Positions 63,419-64,000 of a stretch of 64,000 bases of DNA are shown piece after piece. The stretch's first letter is position 1, and each line of letters starts with the position of its first letter. This stretch comes from an uncultured Alphaproteobacteria bacterium. GTDB lineage: Bacteria; Pseudomonadota; Alphaproteobacteria; HIMB59; GCA-002718135. The notes beneath the pieces are model-generated. The model was not told the origin of the DNA. It searched no databases and worked only from the letters and a program-made list of their open reading frames with translations. The translations under genes and the position numbers were made by a program. The stretch covers positions 14,477 through 78,476 of the forward strand of contig CACMKZ010000002.1 of the NCBI GenBank assembly GCA_902614375.1. The letters run 5' to 3'.

Positions 63419-63643
63419 ATGGAAATTGAAGCAGCAAAAGTAATCGGAGCGGGTTTAGCCGTTATCGGTGTTATTGGATCAGGTATTGGAATTGGGAATA
63501 TTTTCTCATCTTTTATCCAAGCAGTTGGAAGAAATCCAGCAGCAAGAGGTGAAGTTTTTACAATGACAATGTTAGGTTTCGCATTAGTTGAAGCGATTGC
63601 ACTTTTCGCACTAGTTATTGCGTTAGTTATTTTGTTTGGATAG
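63419..63643 (+). CDS. atpE: ATP synthase F0 subunit c
   Basis: 74 aa. Hairpin with GRNP loop and carboxylate in LVEAIALFAL. Strong SD (AGGAGG) 6 nt upstream. Confidence 0.92.
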   Translation: MEIEAAKVIGAGLAVIGVIGSGIGIGNIFSSFIQAVGRNPAARGEVFTMTMLGFALVEAIALFALVIALVILFG

Positions 63644-63660
63644 AACTTAATAATTAATTA

Positions 63661-64000
63661 ATGCCTCAATTAAATCCAGAGTTTTTTGTTTCACAGCTCT
63701 TTTGGTTAGCTGTATTTTTTACTTTTCTATTTGTATTTTTATGGAGGGTATCACTTCCAAGAATAGCTACAGTTTTAGAAAAAAGACAAAATAAAATAGA
63801 TGAAAATTTATCTTCAGCAAAAGAGCTTCAAGAACAGGCAATGGAAATTGAAAAAAAAATCAATGATCAGATCAATAAGGCTAAACTAGAAACAGATGAG
63901 AAAATTAAAGAAACAATCAATGCTTTACAAGAAAATGTTTCTTCTCAACTTTCTTCACTTGATAAAGATTTAGAAAAAAAAGTTTCTGATGCAGAAAAAG
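63661..64000 (+). CDS. atpF: ATP synthase F0 subunit b' (5' fragment; continues beyond window)
   Basis: ATG 63661. MPQLNPEFFVSQLFWLAVFFTFLFVFLWRVSLPRIATVLEKRQNKIDENL... is a single TM followed by a charged coiled coil, typical of b/b' subunits. The frame stays open to the window end. Confidence 0.75.
   Translation, partial: MPQLNPEFFVSQLFWLAVFFTFLFVFLWRVSLPRIATVLEKRQNKIDENLSSAKELQEQAMEIEKKINDQINKAKLETDEKIKETINALQENVSSQLSSLDKDLEKKVSDAEK

Overview
Strongly AT-rich, very gene-dense bacterial chromosome segment with about 60 protein genes. Most spacers are under 100 bp, many starts and stops overlap by 1-11 nt, and convergent genes abut or overlap. Alphaproteobacterial hallmarks are a CcrM-type GANTC methyltransferase, an atpI-atpB-atpE-atpF' F0 operon, and mutY / DUF721 / dsbA-like / smc synteny. 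Composition and streamlining resemble a SAR11/Pelagibacterales-type marine oligotroph (inference; no search was run). Layout: (1) 1-27.8 kb is an accessory catabolic island. It carries a Dpp/Opp-type ABC importer fused to nanA-nanE-nanK sialic-acid genes, nagA, two cytoplasmic BNR/Asp-box propeller proteins around an MFS transporter, three PhyH-family Fe/2OG dioxygenases, and two tandem PanB-like proteins that appear to have lost the canonical metal ligands. It also has three PLP enzymes, RidA, an MlrC-like peptidase, further aldolase-type proteins, and alternating SDR and Gfo/Idh/MocA oxidoreductases. No regulator, integrase or tRNA was seen in it. (2) 27.8-34.9 kb holds core genes (ispE, TPR protein, family-4 UDG, slt, moaB, rnhB, ccrM). 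It includes a 252-nt spacer with a CCUCCC-loop hairpin plus a UUCG-tetraloop terminator (candidate sRNA) and a GANTC-rich ccrM promoter. (3) 34.9-43.7 kb is a minus-strand operon: tpsA (1746 aa; TPS domain plus about 12 FG-GAP units), tpsB, an orphan type-I periplasmic binding protein, and a secreted histidine phosphatase. I consider this the most unusual system in the window. (4) 43.8-57.5 kb holds a MATE pump, a small orphan, a guaB lacking the CBS domain, purE-purK, purC-D-F-N-M, a purS-fused purL, and purQ. (5) 57.5-64.0 kb holds mutY, DUF721, a dsbA-like gene, a short-armed smc, and the F0 ATP synthase genes. No rRNA, tRNA, CRISPR array, transposase or prophage gene was recognised. All family calls rest on motif recognition and by-eye alignment to remembered reference sequences, not on database searches.
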